Assembly: GCA_963710605.1 (NCBI GenBank) | Contig: CAVQBA010000007.1 | Location: 416,001-480,000, forward strand | Origin: an uncultured cyanobacterium | GTDB lineage: Bacteria > Cyanobacteriota > Cyanobacteriia > Cyanobacteriales > Cyanobacteriaceae | Direction of reading: 5' to 3' | Length of the DNA: 64,000 nt | Part shown: positions 29,577 to 40,647 of the stretch, piece by piece | Layout: the number at the start of each line of letters is the position of its first letter | How positions within the stretch are numbered: position 1 is the first letter of the stretch | Position numbers and translations under genes: made by a program | Notes under the pieces: model-generated | What the model saw: only the letters and a program-made list of their open reading frames with translations | Databases searched by the model: none | Told to the model about the DNA's origin: nothing

Positions 29577-29677
29577 GTCTTGGTGGACGTTCCCGTCTTG
29601 GTCAGCCTTCCCTTGCGACTTATAGTCGTCGCGGGTTCTGACCGCTTGCGTCTTTCGCCGACGCGGGCTTCCACCGC
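29577..29677. mobile_element. Two nested GTCTTGGT...ACCGC mini-elements (inner 29595-29645) inserted in an AAGGAGT-type heptamer run
   Basis: GC-rich island in AT-rich DNA; inner and outer copies share GTCTTGGT-N6-TCCCTTGCG-hairpin-CGCGGG-N5-ACCGC. Confidence 0.75.
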
Positions 29678-29716
29678 AAGAAGTAATGAGTTTTAATTGC
29701 TAACTTGTTAATTATT

Positions 29717-30310
29717 TCACCAGCCAGTGATAGCATTCGTGTCTAATAGAGTTTGATTATTAGTAGTGGCTGAATTATCATTACTATTTTTATCTTCTCT
29801 TTCTTCAATACAAAAAGTAGCTGTATTAAAACCACCAAATCTTTGTACTGTACTAATTCTTAAACGAATATTATCATCCACAAACCAGAATCTTTCACTG
29901 ATAGTCATGGTTTCGTATTCCGTGGTTAATACCAAAGCATCTTCATCATCTAAATAGTATTCACCTGCCACAGGCACTATTTCTGCATAACCTCTTTCTC
30001 TTAATAACTTACCCTGACGGGAATTTTCGCTATCAGGAATTAAAGCAAAGACAGTGTCTCCTTTATGATTTTCATCATCTTTATCCCATTGCATCGCCCC
30101 ATCCCAAGTTACATAAGAGCCACCCACCGATGTATTTGGATCGAATGAGTGCATTTCACAAATTTCGACAATTTTGGGGTCTTTTCCTTCTAATGTCTCT
30201 ACTTTTATCTGTGAGCTACCTGTTTCGGCTCTTCTAAAAGGGAGGTGGTGTGTTGTACGTTGAGATTTCCAATCTCCTGAACTATTTTGAAAAAAAGTTA
30301 AACCGTCCAT
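29717..30310 (-). CDS. cpcS: CpcS/CpeS-type phycobiliprotein lyase
   Basis: GDWKSQRTTHHL, LLRERGYAE, ERFWF, TATFCIE. Confidence 0.9.
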   Translation of the reverse strand: MDGLTFFQNSSGDWKSQRTTHHLPFRRAETGSSQIKVETLEGKDPKIVEICEMHSFDPNTSVGGSYVTWDGAMQWDKDDENHKGDTVFALIPDSENSRQGKLLRERGYAEIVPVAGEYYLDDEDALVLTTEYETMTISERFWFVDDNIRLRISTVQRFGGFNTATFCIEEREDKNSNDNSATTNNQTLLDTNAITGW

Positions 30311-30539
30311 AATGATTAAAATGCAGGATATATGATGTTTGTTATTTTAAGATTCTATTTTATCTCAAATATTATGGACAATAAGTAACTTGTTGACAAA
30401 TTCAATATAGTTTTAGATAAATAATAACGAAACAATTTGTCATGTCGATTGTAAGAAGTCATAGATAAGGATGCTTCGCTTTTATTGTTTGGGGACTTAC
30501 TAATAAAAACTGTTGCCAATTTTATTTGAATTCAAGCTA

Positions 30540-31631
30540 TTAATTATTTTGTAATAAAATCAAGCTACTATATAATTGAAAGGCTTCATCCCAAAGAGAT
30601 TCTTCTCGACGAAAAAGCTCGACATTAGACTTGACTTGTTTGAGCATTTCAGGAAATTGGGTTACACTTTCACCAAAGAGGGTAAAATTTGACCATACTT
30701 TTTCAGGTTTAATTTTAGTTTCTAAAATATCTTGTAATTCTTGCCATTTTTGCTTAGTTGTAGTTGTGTTTTGATTCAGACTTTTGTCTTGAGAAAATTG
30801 ATAAGCTCGATCGTTTAAACGAAAAATAGTTTGCTTATTATTCAAATGCAAATCATAAAACCCAACATAATCTAAAGTAGATTTTTTCTTGATTATCTTA
30901 CTTTGTTTTCCTACGTTAACGGTTAATTCAAATAAAGGAATCATTCCACTTACACAACTATTAATCTGATTATAATCAATTTTTAATACTTGTTCTATTT
31001 CTTGGTTATCTTGATAGTAAACAACTAAATTATTACGATCGTATTCTACATATTTAACTTGGATTACTACTGTTTCATTTACTTTATTGATTGAATAGCA
31101 AATACAAGGTAACCCGATATTATCTAATTCAGATTGATAATAATCTAATTCATCTTTAGTACCTGTTTTATAGACACGCCAACTACGAGTAGGAATTGTT
31201 AGAGTAGCTGTATATCGATCGATTTCCATTACTTTAGCTAATGCAGGAGCTAGTATTTTCTTTTGTTCGAGTGATACATTTTCTAAAACTAGTAACGCTA
31301 ATTCCTTATTATTTTCGTTACTAATAAATTGCTTTTTTTTAGTTTCTCGTTCATCTTTTTCGATCGCTAATTGCGTTTTTTTAATCTTAATTATTCTTTC
31401 AATCCCATTACGAACTAAACTAATTAATTTAGGATCAGGATAAACACTATCTTTAATAATTTGACGATAATTTGTTTCAGCTTCAGTCAATTTATCTTGT
31501 TTTTCGAGAATTAAAGCTTGATAATATCTCAGCCATAACTTATCTACATTTTGATTATTCAGTTTTTCAATAATATTTTGGGCTAACTCATAATTTTGAG
31601 AATCGATCGCTTTTTCTATTTCTAAAAACAT
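30540..31631 (-). CDS. Conserved cyanobacterial protein with N-terminal TPR
   Basis: TPR-like helices at the N-terminus; C-terminal WDEAFQLYS. Confidence 0.7.
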   Translation of the reverse strand: MFLEIEKAIDSQNYELAQNIIEKLNNQNVDKLWLRYYQALILEKQDKLTEAETNYRQIIKDSVYPDPKLISLVRNGIERIIKIKKTQLAIEKDERETKKKQFISNENNKELALLVLENVSLEQKKILAPALAKVMEIDRYTATLTIPTRSWRVYKTGTKDELDYYQSELDNIGLPCICYSINKVNETVVIQVKYVEYDRNNLVVYYQDNQEIEQVLKIDYNQINSCVSGMIPLFELTVNVGKQSKIIKKKSTLDYVGFYDLHLNNKQTIFRLNDRAYQFSQDKSLNQNTTTTKQKWQELQDILETKIKPEKVWSNFTLFGESVTQFPEMLKQVKSNVELFRREESLWDEAFQLYSSLILLQNN

Positions 31632-31821
31632 GATTGATAGTTGATAAGTATTAAGGATTAGAGGTTAGGTATTAGGTATTAAGATTCACCGAGTTACCAA
31701 TTAAATTGTATTTCATTGTTAATTATCAATTATCTTAACCGTTATCTGTTCACTGTTATTTGTCTTATGCTGACATTTAGCTAAAATTAATAAATAATAA
31801 CCGAATCAATCTAAATTATTT

Positions 31822-33519
31822 ATGCCCAAATTAAATTCTTTTTTTAATAAAAAAATAACAGCCTTAACATTAAGTTTATTTACCTTAGGTGGTGTTTTTG
31901 CTCCTCTTGTACATTCAGCCGAGGAGATTTTCTTTATATATAATCCTTTTATCATTTCTTTAAGAGTAGAATCATTAGAAGAATTTGCTAAAACAGGTAA
32001 TATTAATCGAAACTTAGGTTTTTATCTCAATTTAGCTAATGTTAACGAACAACAAATTGCGAGTTTCAGAGAAGCACTAACTAGAAAGGTAAATGTTGAT
32101 CCTGTTTTGCTTTCTAGAAGTTTGAATACCGAATCTGTAGAAAGATTACTTAGTTATTTTGGTTCAGTTATTAATATCAAAGGAGGAAGCAACGGTAAAT
32201 TTTTACTTCGAGGTGCGTTAGTGCAAGCGGCTTTTGAAGAAGAAGGATTAACTTTACTTGGTGTTTTACAAAAATTAGCAGTTGATGTGCAAGTCGATAT
32301 TCCTAAAATAATTACTTACGGACGGCAAGTAGAATTAGTGGTTAGAGGTAGTGAATTATTTGCTCAGCAAATTGCTGTTTTAGGAGAAGAGGAAGCAAAA
32401 CTTTCCGAAAAGATTGATTTTAGCCAAAAAGCGGATATTCGTTTATTAGGTTCATCTAAGTTCACCTCATCTACGATTAATTTAAATGACGAAGCAAGAG
32501 ATAGACGTTTTTATGCCCAGATATTTCAACCTGAAGAATTAAAAGGTGATAATATTCCAGTAGTTGTTTTTTCTCATGGTTTAAGTTCTCGCCCTGAAGA
32601 TTTTGAAAAAAGAGCGATTCATCTAGCTTCTTATGGTTATGTGGTAGTTATGCCTCAACACCCAGGTAGTGATATTCTCAAAACCGAAGATTTTTTAGCC
32701 GGTTATACTCGTAGTGTTTTTGATACCCAAGAATTTATCGATCGCCCTAAAGATATTAGTTTTGTCTTAGATGAGTTAACCCGTTTAAATGATAGCCAAT
32801 TTCAAGGTAAATTAAACTTAGAGAGTGTTGGTGTTGCAGGACATTCTTTTGGTGGTTATACGGCTTTAGCTGTGGCGGGTGCGACACTCGATTTTGAGAA
32901 TTTAGAAACCGATTGTAATTCGAGTATTGGTTATCTGAATGCCGCTTTGTTGCTACAATGTGATGCTTTGAAGCTCGATCGTAAACCAGAAGAATCCGAA
33001 GAATATAATCTACGTGATTCTCGTATTAAAGCTGTATTTGTCAGTAATCCTGTTAATGCTTCTATTTTTGGAGAGAAGGGTTTAAGTAATCTTAATATAC
33101 CTGTTTTTATTTCTGCTGGTAGTTATGATCCAGCCACCCCGTTTGTTTTTGAACAAGGTCGAACTTTTCCCTTTATTGGTAGCGAATTTACTTACTTACA
33201 ATTACAAGAAGGGCAAGCCCATGTCGATTTTTCGGAATTAGATGTAGGTATTACTGATTTAATTAATACGGTAGATATTCTTACTTTACCGACACCCTAT
33301 TTATTAGATACTTATACTCATTCAATGACATTAGCTTTTTTTAGGACACATTTAAATAATCAATCTCAATACGATGTTTATTTACAGTCTAGTTATGCTC
33401 AATATATTAGTCAAGGACAAGAGTTTAAAACTTATTTGATAACTAAAGAGTCTGCTTCTAAATTAGATGCAGAGTATCGACAGTTTCTTCAACAAAATCA
33501 AAGATTAATTATTGATTAA
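31822..33519 (+). CDS. DUF1400 + alpha/beta hydrolase
   Basis: Signal peptide, LRGALVQAA, SHG, GHSFGG nucleophile elbow. Confidence 0.9.
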   Translation: MPKLNSFFNKKITALTLSLFTLGGVFAPLVHSAEEIFFIYNPFIISLRVESLEEFAKTGNINRNLGFYLNLANVNEQQIASFREALTRKVNVDPVLLSRSLNTESVERLLSYFGSVINIKGGSNGKFLLRGALVQAAFEEEGLTLLGVLQKLAVDVQVDIPKIITYGRQVELVVRGSELFAQQIAVLGEEEAKLSEKIDFSQKADIRLLGSSKFTSSTINLNDEARDRRFYAQIFQPEELKGDNIPVVVFSHGLSSRPEDFEKRAIHLASYGYVVVMPQHPGSDILKTEDFLAGYTRSVFDTQEFIDRPKDISFVLDELTRLNDSQFQGKLNLESVGVAGHSFGGYTALAVAGATLDFENLETDCNSSIGYLNAALLLQCDALKLDRKPEESEEYNLRDSRIKAVFVSNPVNASIFGEKGLSNLNIPVFISAGSYDPATPFVFEQGRTFPFIGSEFTYLQLQEGQAHVDFSELDVGITDLINTVDILTLPTPYLLDTYTHSMTLAFFRTHLNNQSQYDVYLQSSYAQYISQGQEFKTYLITKESASKLDAEYRQFLQQNQRLIID

Positions 33520-33528
33520 TTGATTATA

Positions 33529-34725
33529 TTATTCAATAATGTTGTCGTCTTGATTTAATACTGATTTATAAACATCGATCGTTTCTTGGGCTAATTTAGA
33601 CCATTGAAAACGATTTCTTAAATCTTGATAGGCATTATTAATTAAATTCTTCGCCAATTCAGGATTGTTTAAAACATGAAGAATACCCCATGCTAAAGAA
33701 TCACTATTTTGAGTATGGGTAACAATACCTGTTTTTTCATGAATTACCACTTCAGGTAATCCTCCTGCTGATGAAACTACCACAGGCACTAAAGAAGCAA
33801 AACTTTCTAAAACAACGATACCGAATGGCTCATACAAACTAGGAAAAACAGCACAATCAGCGATCGTGGTAAACTTATTCAAATCTTCATCAGACATAAA
33901 CCCAGTAAAATAACAATGCTGATTAATATCAAGATAATTAGCTAAATCTTGTAAATTTTGAGTTGAGCCACCACCTATAATAACTAACTTAGTTTTGTTT
34001 TGAGTTGCCTGTAAAATTTTAGGCATCGCTCCAATTAAAATTTGGACTCCTTTTTCGTAAGTCATCCGCCCGACATAATAAATAATTTTCTCATCATCTC
34101 GAGCAAAACGACGACGAAACTCGATCGAATTAAAATCTACTTTATGTATTTTTTTTTCGGCACGAATACCGTTATAAATAATATTGAGTTTATCGATCGG
34201 GCAATTTAAAGTTTGATTTACTTCATTTTGCATATATTTAGTACAGACAACTACTCTAGATGACTCATTAACTAATTTTCTTTCTTGACTCGAAATATAA
34301 GATTGAATATCATTGTGGATACCATGATTACGTCCATATTCAGTAGCGTGGATTGTCGTAATTAAAGGGATATTGTATTTGTTTTTTAAAGGAATAACAC
34401 TATCGGCAATTAACCAATCATGACCATGAATTAAAGCAAAATTGCCTTCAGTTTCAATTAGTTTTTTTCCATAAGCATACATACTCTGATTCATGTTTTT
34501 AATCCAATCAAAGAAATAATCGTTACCATCTACCCAAATACGATGTACGTAGATTCCCTCAACTTGTTCGCATTGACCAACATTATCAATATCAACAGTA
34601 ATTAAATGTACTTCATAATCTAACTTGACAATTTCAGGATATAATTCAGCAACATGACGAGCAATTCCACCGATAATGCGAGGTGGAAATTCCCATGAGA
34701 AAACTAGTACTTTTGTGTTATTCAT
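33529..34725 (-). CDS. GT4 glycosyltransferase
   Basis: WEFPPRIIGGIARHV, HDW, YEPFGIVVLE. Confidence 0.92.
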   Translation of the reverse strand: MNNTKVLVFSWEFPPRIIGGIARHVAELYPEIVKLDYEVHLITVDIDNVGQCEQVEGIYVHRIWVDGNDYFFDWIKNMNQSMYAYGKKLIETEGNFALIHGHDWLIADSVIPLKNKYNIPLITTIHATEYGRNHGIHNDIQSYISSQERKLVNESSRVVVCTKYMQNEVNQTLNCPIDKLNIIYNGIRAEKKIHKVDFNSIEFRRRFARDDEKIIYYVGRMTYEKGVQILIGAMPKILQATQNKTKLVIIGGGSTQNLQDLANYLDINQHCYFTGFMSDEDLNKFTTIADCAVFPSLYEPFGIVVLESFASLVPVVVSSAGGLPEVVIHEKTGIVTHTQNSDSLAWGILHVLNNPELAKNLINNAYQDLRNRFQWSKLAQETIDVYKSVLNQDDNIIE

Positions 34726-34796
34726 TTTTTTCACTACTACCAATCAATTATTCGCTATGAATGAATAATAATCAATTTTATTTAAAAATTTAATCA

Positions 34797-35450
34797 ATGT
34801 TAGACAGTTGGCTATCTATTGTTAGTAAATATCGCCTCATTGCCGTGATTAGAACCGATAATGTCGCTGATGGAATCAAAATGGCTCAGGCGGTAGCCAA
34901 TGGCGGTGTACGTTTAATCGAAATTACTTGGAATAGTGAACAACCGTTGTTGTTAGTAAGTCGTTTAAGAGAACTTTTACCTGATTGTTATATTGGGGTA
35001 GGTACGATCTTATCTTGCTCTGATTTAGAATTATCGATCGATGCAGGGATACAATTTGCCTTTAGCCCTCATTTTAACCACGAATTAATTGACTTAGCTC
35101 ATAGCAATAATGTTCCCTTTATTCCGGGGGCGTTATCTCCAACTGAAATTATCAATGCTTTTAATTATGGTGCCAAAACAGTTAAAGTCTTTCCCATTAA
35201 ATCCGTTGGTGGAGTTGATTATCTGAAAAATATACTTGCCCCTACTCCTCACCTCAAATTAATTCCCACAGGTGGAGTTAATTTGACAAATGCGGCTGAT
35301 TTTATTCGCAATGGTGCTGTTGCAGTTGGTTTATCTAGCGACTTGTTTCCTCGTCAGTTAATTCTCAATCAAAACTGGGAAGAAATTACCAATAGAGCAA
35401 ACAAAATACAAACTCAATTGCAACAGTTAACAACGAACAATGAACAATGA
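34797..35450 (+). CDS. eda: KDPG/KHG aldolase
   Basis: IAVIR, IEIT, GVGT, VKVFP, PTGGV. Confidence 0.9.
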   Translation: MLDSWLSIVSKYRLIAVIRTDNVADGIKMAQAVANGGVRLIEITWNSEQPLLLVSRLRELLPDCYIGVGTILSCSDLELSIDAGIQFAFSPHFNHELIDLAHSNNVPFIPGALSPTEIINAFNYGAKTVKVFPIKSVGGVDYLKNILAPTPHLKLIPTGGVNLTNAADFIRNGAVAVGLSSDLFPRQLILNQNWEEITNRANKIQTQLQQLTTNNEQ

Positions 35451-35541
35451 ATAATTAATAATTAATAATGAACAATTAGCTCATCCCTCATCTTTCATCC
35501 CTCATCCTTACTTTTAACTCTTAACTCTTAACTCTTAACTA

Positions 35542-37233
35542 TCAACTGATATTGCAGTCCATCATTCTGGAGATTAAAGTATAAATTCCTCGATCGAGAA
35601 TTCCTGAGATGGCAATACTTGGTAAATGACCTGAAGGAGATTGATCGGTATAATTTAGATCTTCGGTGAATAACCAAACTCCATCCACACACCATTCTAG
35701 TTTTTTGCCTAAAGCCTCCCAAGCTTTTTTATCATATATTCTTTTACCACCTAAACTAAGATAAATTCTTTTTTGAACAGAAAAACCAAACTTACCTCGA
35801 CTATATTTTACCCAGAGTTTATCGATCGTTTGTAAATCTTTACTGGGAAATTTAGCCATCGTTTTACGATCGATCCAAGCTGAATCCTCTTGCCCAGAAG
35901 CTTTCAACATTAAATTTTGAGTTTTTTGATCAGCTTCTTGCCATTTACGTTTATGAAGTAATTGTGCTAAAGGGCGATAATCAATTCCTACTTCTGAGAA
36001 AGAGGCTTTATCTGTTTTTTTCTTAGTCGATTTTTTATTTGTCTTTAATGGTGTTGCCTGTATCTGAGCAGAAGAAGAGTAATCTATTTGAGTAAGAATA
36101 TCATTAGACTTTGGTGATAAAGGTTCAAGATTAGTTTTTTCCAGATTATGATTCTCAAATCGAGTCGGAGAAAAAGGATCATATTCAGTTATAGTCGGTG
36201 TTTGCTTTACCTTAACCTCCTTTAATTCTGGTGGTGGTGATGATTGATCATTATCATTATTTGAAGGTATTGCACTCACAACCTCCTCATCAGTTGTTTG
36301 TGTTGTTAATTGCTCAAAAGAATCTTGAGTTTTTTTAGTAATTTGCTTATCAGAAGAAAGGTTTGATTCTGTTTTTTTATTTGATAAAGAATTAGAGCTA
36401 TAAAGATGTATTTCTTCATTTTCAGTTAGAAGATTAAGCCACTGTGCCACTGATTGAGGACGATTTTGAGGTTCTAATTCCATCCCCTTAAGAATAACCA
36501 AATTAGTTCTGTGACTAATATTTTGGTTATGTTGTCTAGGTGGAATTAAACCAATACCCTGCTGTCTAAATTGTGCAGGAAAAGGAACTTGCCGAGTTAA
36601 GAGATAATATAATGTAGCCGCTAAAGCATAGACATCTGTGTAAGCACCTCTTTTGGCTTTACGAGAATATTGTTCGATTGGGGCAAAACCTTCAGTACGA
36701 GAATTAGTATGCATCTGAGTTTTATCTTCAACAAAATCTCTAGCCAAACCAAAATCGATTAAAACAGCTTCACTTGTCTGGCTACGACGCATTATATTTG
36801 CTGGTTTTACATCTCGGTGCAAAATACCTTGTTGGTGAATATAATTCAAAGCACTTCCTACTTGATAGATATAACGAATTGCTTCAACTTCAGCAAAATC
36901 ACCTTGATTTTTGACTAATTTTTCTAAATTACCCCCATCTATATATTCCATAACCATGCACCATAAATTCTCTTCTTGGCAAACATCATTTACCTGAATA
37001 ACGTGTGTATGATTGCATTTAGCTAAACGAAAAGCCTCTTGAACAAATCTTTCTTGGTGTTTAGCAAAGTCAGATTGTACTTGTAATGCGGTGTTTAAAG
37101 TTTTAATCGCAACTATTTCATTTGTATTAACATCTTTTGCCTGATAAGTAATTCCAGCACCACCTACACCCAAAACTTTTTCGATTACATATTTACCTCT
37201 TTGAATAAGTTGTCCTGTTTTCCAATAACTCAT
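35542..37233 (-). CDS. Ser/Thr kinase with C-terminal GUN4 domain
   Basis: HRDVKPAN, DFG; GUN4 motifs WQEAD, IDKLWVKYSRGKFGFSVQ, PSGHLP. Confidence 0.92.
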   Translation of the reverse strand: MSYWKTGQLIQRGKYVIEKVLGVGGAGITYQAKDVNTNEIVAIKTLNTALQVQSDFAKHQERFVQEAFRLAKCNHTHVIQVNDVCQEENLWCMVMEYIDGGNLEKLVKNQGDFAEVEAIRYIYQVGSALNYIHQQGILHRDVKPANIMRRSQTSEAVLIDFGLARDFVEDKTQMHTNSRTEGFAPIEQYSRKAKRGAYTDVYALAATLYYLLTRQVPFPAQFRQQGIGLIPPRQHNQNISHRTNLVILKGMELEPQNRPQSVAQWLNLLTENEEIHLYSSNSLSNKKTESNLSSDKQITKKTQDSFEQLTTQTTDEEVVSAIPSNNDNDQSSPPPELKEVKVKQTPTITEYDPFSPTRFENHNLEKTNLEPLSPKSNDILTQIDYSSSAQIQATPLKTNKKSTKKKTDKASFSEVGIDYRPLAQLLHKRKWQEADQKTQNLMLKASGQEDSAWIDRKTMAKFPSKDLQTIDKLWVKYSRGKFGFSVQKRIYLSLGGKRIYDKKAWEALGKKLEWCVDGVWLFTEDLNYTDQSPSGHLPSIAISGILDRGIYTLISRMMDCNIS

Positions 37234-37532
37234 AATTTCTATGATGGTATCTGACTGACGTTATTTGACGACTATCTAGGTGATATTAATTACTCTATTA
37301 TAATTTTACTTGTATTTGACAATGAACAAAAATATGAGTAAGAGCATATATTCTTTAGCAAAAATTTCCAAACAAACAGCATCATTACTAACAGTCGGGA
37401 AAAATGCCTCTCATTAAATCTTAAATACAATAAGTTAACAGATTAGTTGTTTTGTGTCAAATGGTTAATAGTCAATGATTTGGATCTCGATCGAGCCGAT
37501 TTTGATCTTGATTAAAATAAAAATATGAGAAA

Positions 37533-37550
37533 AATGTAAAAAATTGTAAA
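37533..37550 (-). promoter_or_regulatory. HLR1-like repeat upstream of the DUF2605 gene
   Basis: Minus strand reads TTTACAAT-TT-TTTACATT. Confidence 0.5.
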
Positions 37551-37605
37551 TTTCGCCAAGATAGCAACTAAAATAGTAATATAGACGAAGAAAAAACAAA
37601 TTTAT

Positions 37606-37929
37606 ATGCAACCATCCAAACCAACAGAAAAAGAAATATTACAACAAGTACTAGTACCTCTTCTTGAAGATTTCAAATACTGGTTTTCTCGATCGGCATC
37701 ATTGCTAGAATCAGAAACTATGCCTTTTCTTTCTACTGAAGAACAAGCAGATTTACTCTTTAGAATCAAAGATGCACAAGCCCAAGTAAATACTGCCAAA
37801 ACACTATTTCAGATAACTGATGGTCAAGTAGGAGTAGAAACACAAGTATTAATGCCATGGCATAGATTAGTTGCCGAATGTTGGAATGTAGCCAGAAAAT
37901 GGCGTGAAACCAAACAACAAGATTCTTAA
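37606..37929 (+). CDS. DUF2605-family protein
   Basis: LVPLLEDFKYWFSRS, PWHRLVAECW. Confidence 0.8.
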   Translation: MQPSKPTEKEILQQVLVPLLEDFKYWFSRSASLLESETMPFLSTEEQADLLFRIKDAQAQVNTAKTLFQITDGQVGVETQVLMPWHRLVAECWNVARKWRETKQQDS

Positions 37930-38125
37930 GTTCGAGTTTTACTAATAACTATTTACTTTTTTACATTTTAGATTCAAAACAAAATCGAGTTGTCTATTAA
38001 ATAACAATATTTTGAGCCAATGAGTTATGAGTATTCATAATATCTTTGGTCATTTGAGTAGATTAATTATAATTTCCCAAAAAACAATTCTTTATTTAAA
38101 ATAATTACTTTCAGAGGTTAAAACA

Positions 38126-38446
38126 ATGTTACACTTAGTTTATATTCTAGCTTTTACCGTGATTGCTTTTTTCGCAATTAGCAACATGATTCGTAGTTTA
38201 ATCACCATCAGTGCTGAATCTCAGAAAGGACCATGGACAGACACACCTAGAAGAATTAATGTTAATACTCCAGATGGTCGTCAATATCAAACCAATCATC
38301 CTGAATTATTTGATGAGGCAGGTAAACCGATCGATGAACCTTTATTGGTAATTCGTTCTGTTTCTATGGACGACGCACGTCAAAAACTAGACTCTTTATA
38401 CGAATCTTCTCCTAGCAATACAACGACTACTGAAGAAGAAGTGTAA
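38126..38446 (+). CDS. DUF2973-family protein
   Basis: MLHLVYILAF, HPELFDEAG, EPLLV. Confidence 0.8.
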   Translation: MLHLVYILAFTVIAFFAISNMIRSLITISAESQKGPWTDTPRRINVNTPDGRQYQTNHPELFDEAGKPIDEPLLVIRSVSMDDARQKLDSLYESSPSNTTTTEEEV

Positions 38447-38507
38447 AACAATTGACAATTGACAATTGATAATTGACAATGACAATCGATTAAAGTTTAC
38501 ATTTATA

Positions 38508-38708
38508 TATAGCAATTATTAGTCTTGTGAAGTACATATCAATCCCCCTAAATCCCCATCCCCCTTGCCACGGGGCTTACAAGCATTTGAAATCAATTCA
38601 GGTGACAGCCCCTCCCCTTTGTAAGGGGGAAATTTAAGGATGCTTCGCTTTTGTTTCTAGGGGACTTCCGATTTTCCGTTGTACCTCGTAAACATGGGAA
38701 AAGCTATA
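38508..38708. mobile_element. TATAGC-ended MITE with nested hairpin insertions
   Basis: Same ends as 19611-19719 but about 90 bp longer; extra GGGGCT...AGCCCC and GGATGCTTCGC inserts. Confidence 0.7.
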
Positions 38709-38852
38709 TTGTAAAAGATGAGGTGGTTTATCATGATAATCCACCTTAGTTTTTGTCAACTAAGCTCACAATAACAGTAAATCTATTGTCAATTGAATTT
38801 GATTTTTTAGGTTAAAAAAATTTTGGCTATTAGCTATTTGCGTAAAATATAA

Positions 38853-39530
38853 ATGATCATTTCAGCTACAGACATAAGTATCGCCGATTATATCGAACAA
38901 GCTATTCTTAATCCGACTAGTACTAGTCAACAAATTAAAGAAGGTTGTAATTTAGCAATGAGTTACAATTTTCCTTTTGTTTGTGTTTATCCAACGGCTG
39001 TCAAAGAAGCGACCGAGTTAGTTTATAATCAAAAAACTCAAGTAGCTACGGTTATTGGTTTTCCTAGTGGTGCATCAACTAGTTTAACTAAGCTGTCAGA
39101 AGCCAATGAAGCGATCGAAAACGGTGCAAACGAGCTTGATGTCGTTATTAACTTAGGTTGGCTCAAAGAAGGCAATTCTGATTCAATCTACAAAGAAATA
39201 GCCTCGATCGTTAGTGAAACAGGAGTACCAGTAAAAGCTATTTTAGAAATGACCGTTTTAACTCCCGATGAAAAACAACTAGCCGCTGAAATTTGTTTGG
39301 ATGCAGGAGTAAGTTTTCTTAAAACAAGTACTGGCTGGTTTGGTGGTGCAACAGTTGAAGATGTCAAACTCTTACACGAAATTACTAAAGGAAGAATACA
39401 AATTAAAGCTAGTGGTGGAATACGTAATTTAACTCAAGCAATGGCTTTAATTAACGCTGGTGCAACCAGATTAGGTACTTCTCAAGGATTACAATTAGTT
39501 CAACAACAAAAAAACACGGTTAACAATTGA
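38853..39530 (+). CDS. deoC: Deoxyribose-phosphate aldolase
   Basis: [32 protein letters not shown]. Confidence 0.95.
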   Translation: MIISATDISIADYIEQAILNPTSTSQQIKEGCNLAMSYNFPFVCVYPTAVKEATELVYNQKTQVATVIGFPSGASTSLTKLSEANEAIENGANELDVVINLGWLKEGNSDSIYKEIASIVSETGVPVKAILEMTVLTPDEKQLAAEICLDAGVSFLKTSTGWFGGATVEDVKLLHEITKGRIQIKASGGIRNLTQAMALINAGATRLGTSQGLQLVQQQKNTVNN

Positions 39531-39606
39531 CAATTAATATTTCATCCTTCCTCCTTCATTCCCTATTCCCTATTCCCTATTCCCTATTCCCTATTCCCTA
39601 TCGATT

Positions 39607-40413
39607 ATGAGTGCAAGTTACGAATTGACAGGTATTGTGATTCAAAAAAAAACTTTTGGTGAGAATGACTTATTAATAACTATTTTTTCTCCAGAAGCAG
39701 GATTAGTAAGGGCAGTTGCACCAGGGGCAAGAAAACACAAGTCGAGATTAAGAGGTAGAACAGAATTATTAGTTATCAATAACTTTTTTTTAATTAAAGG
39801 GAGAAATTTAGATCGAGTTACGCAAATAGAAACGATCGAATCTCATCCTAAACTGTGTCAAAGTATTGGTAAATTAACCGTGAGTCAATATCTGGCTGAA
39901 TTAGTCTTAAATTTAGCTTTAACCGAGCAACCACAAGGAGAATTATATAGTTTATTAACCGAACATTTAAGCAGGATTGAAAACCTCTGTGTTACTGATA
40001 ATCTATTTCCTTATATCGCCCAAGCTGTTTTTCATTTGTTAGCCGTCACAGGTGTTGCCCCTAATGTATATCGTTGTGTCGAAACACAACAAGATATTAA
40101 ACCCGAATTTGATAAACCTAATTGGAATATCGGTTTTAGTTTTCAAGCAGGAGGTATGATTGCCAATAATCGCCCAACTCATAACCAGATTGATACTAAA
40201 ATTAATGCCTTGGAATTAGCTTGTTTACAAAGTCTGACTAATCCTGATTTGTCTTCTATTCAACAATTTACCAATAATGTCTCTTTCGATCGTTTATTAA
40301 TCGAAAAAAGTTGGATTCGTATTGAAAGATTATTAAAAAACTACGCTGAATATTACTTAGGAAAAATGTTAAAATCCGCCGACATCGTTACTGATGTTTT
40401 ACTGGCTTTTTAA
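39607..40413 (+). CDS. recO: DNA repair protein RecO
   Basis: GENDLLITIFS, AVAPGARKHKSRL OB-fold; follows deoC. Confidence 0.93.
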   Translation: MSASYELTGIVIQKKTFGENDLLITIFSPEAGLVRAVAPGARKHKSRLRGRTELLVINNFFLIKGRNLDRVTQIETIESHPKLCQSIGKLTVSQYLAELVLNLALTEQPQGELYSLLTEHLSRIENLCVTDNLFPYIAQAVFHLLAVTGVAPNVYRCVETQQDIKPEFDKPNWNIGFSFQAGGMIANNRPTHNQIDTKINALELACLQSLTNPDLSSIQQFTNNVSFDRLLIEKSWIRIERLLKNYAEYYLGKMLKSADIVTDVLLAF

Positions 40414-40647
40414 CAATCGCTCAAACTGATTAATCATTAATTAGATAGCTTTTTCTATACTTACAAAATACAATAAGACCACAAAAAATGATAAGTCCCC
40501 TTTTCTAAGAAATTAAAGGGTGCAAACCTTGCACCCCTACAAGTAACTAACAATTTTTCATCCTTCATCTTTCCGAATTCCTAACTCCGAATTCAAGTAA
40601 TTTTAGTTAAAATATGTAAAGGAAAGTTAAGAAAACGGAATCAAAAA

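Noticed and set aside
29577-29677. tRNA or riboswitch reading of the GC-rich structured island
   Set aside because: No cloverleaf or T-loop and no known aptamer signature; it is better explained by nested repeats.
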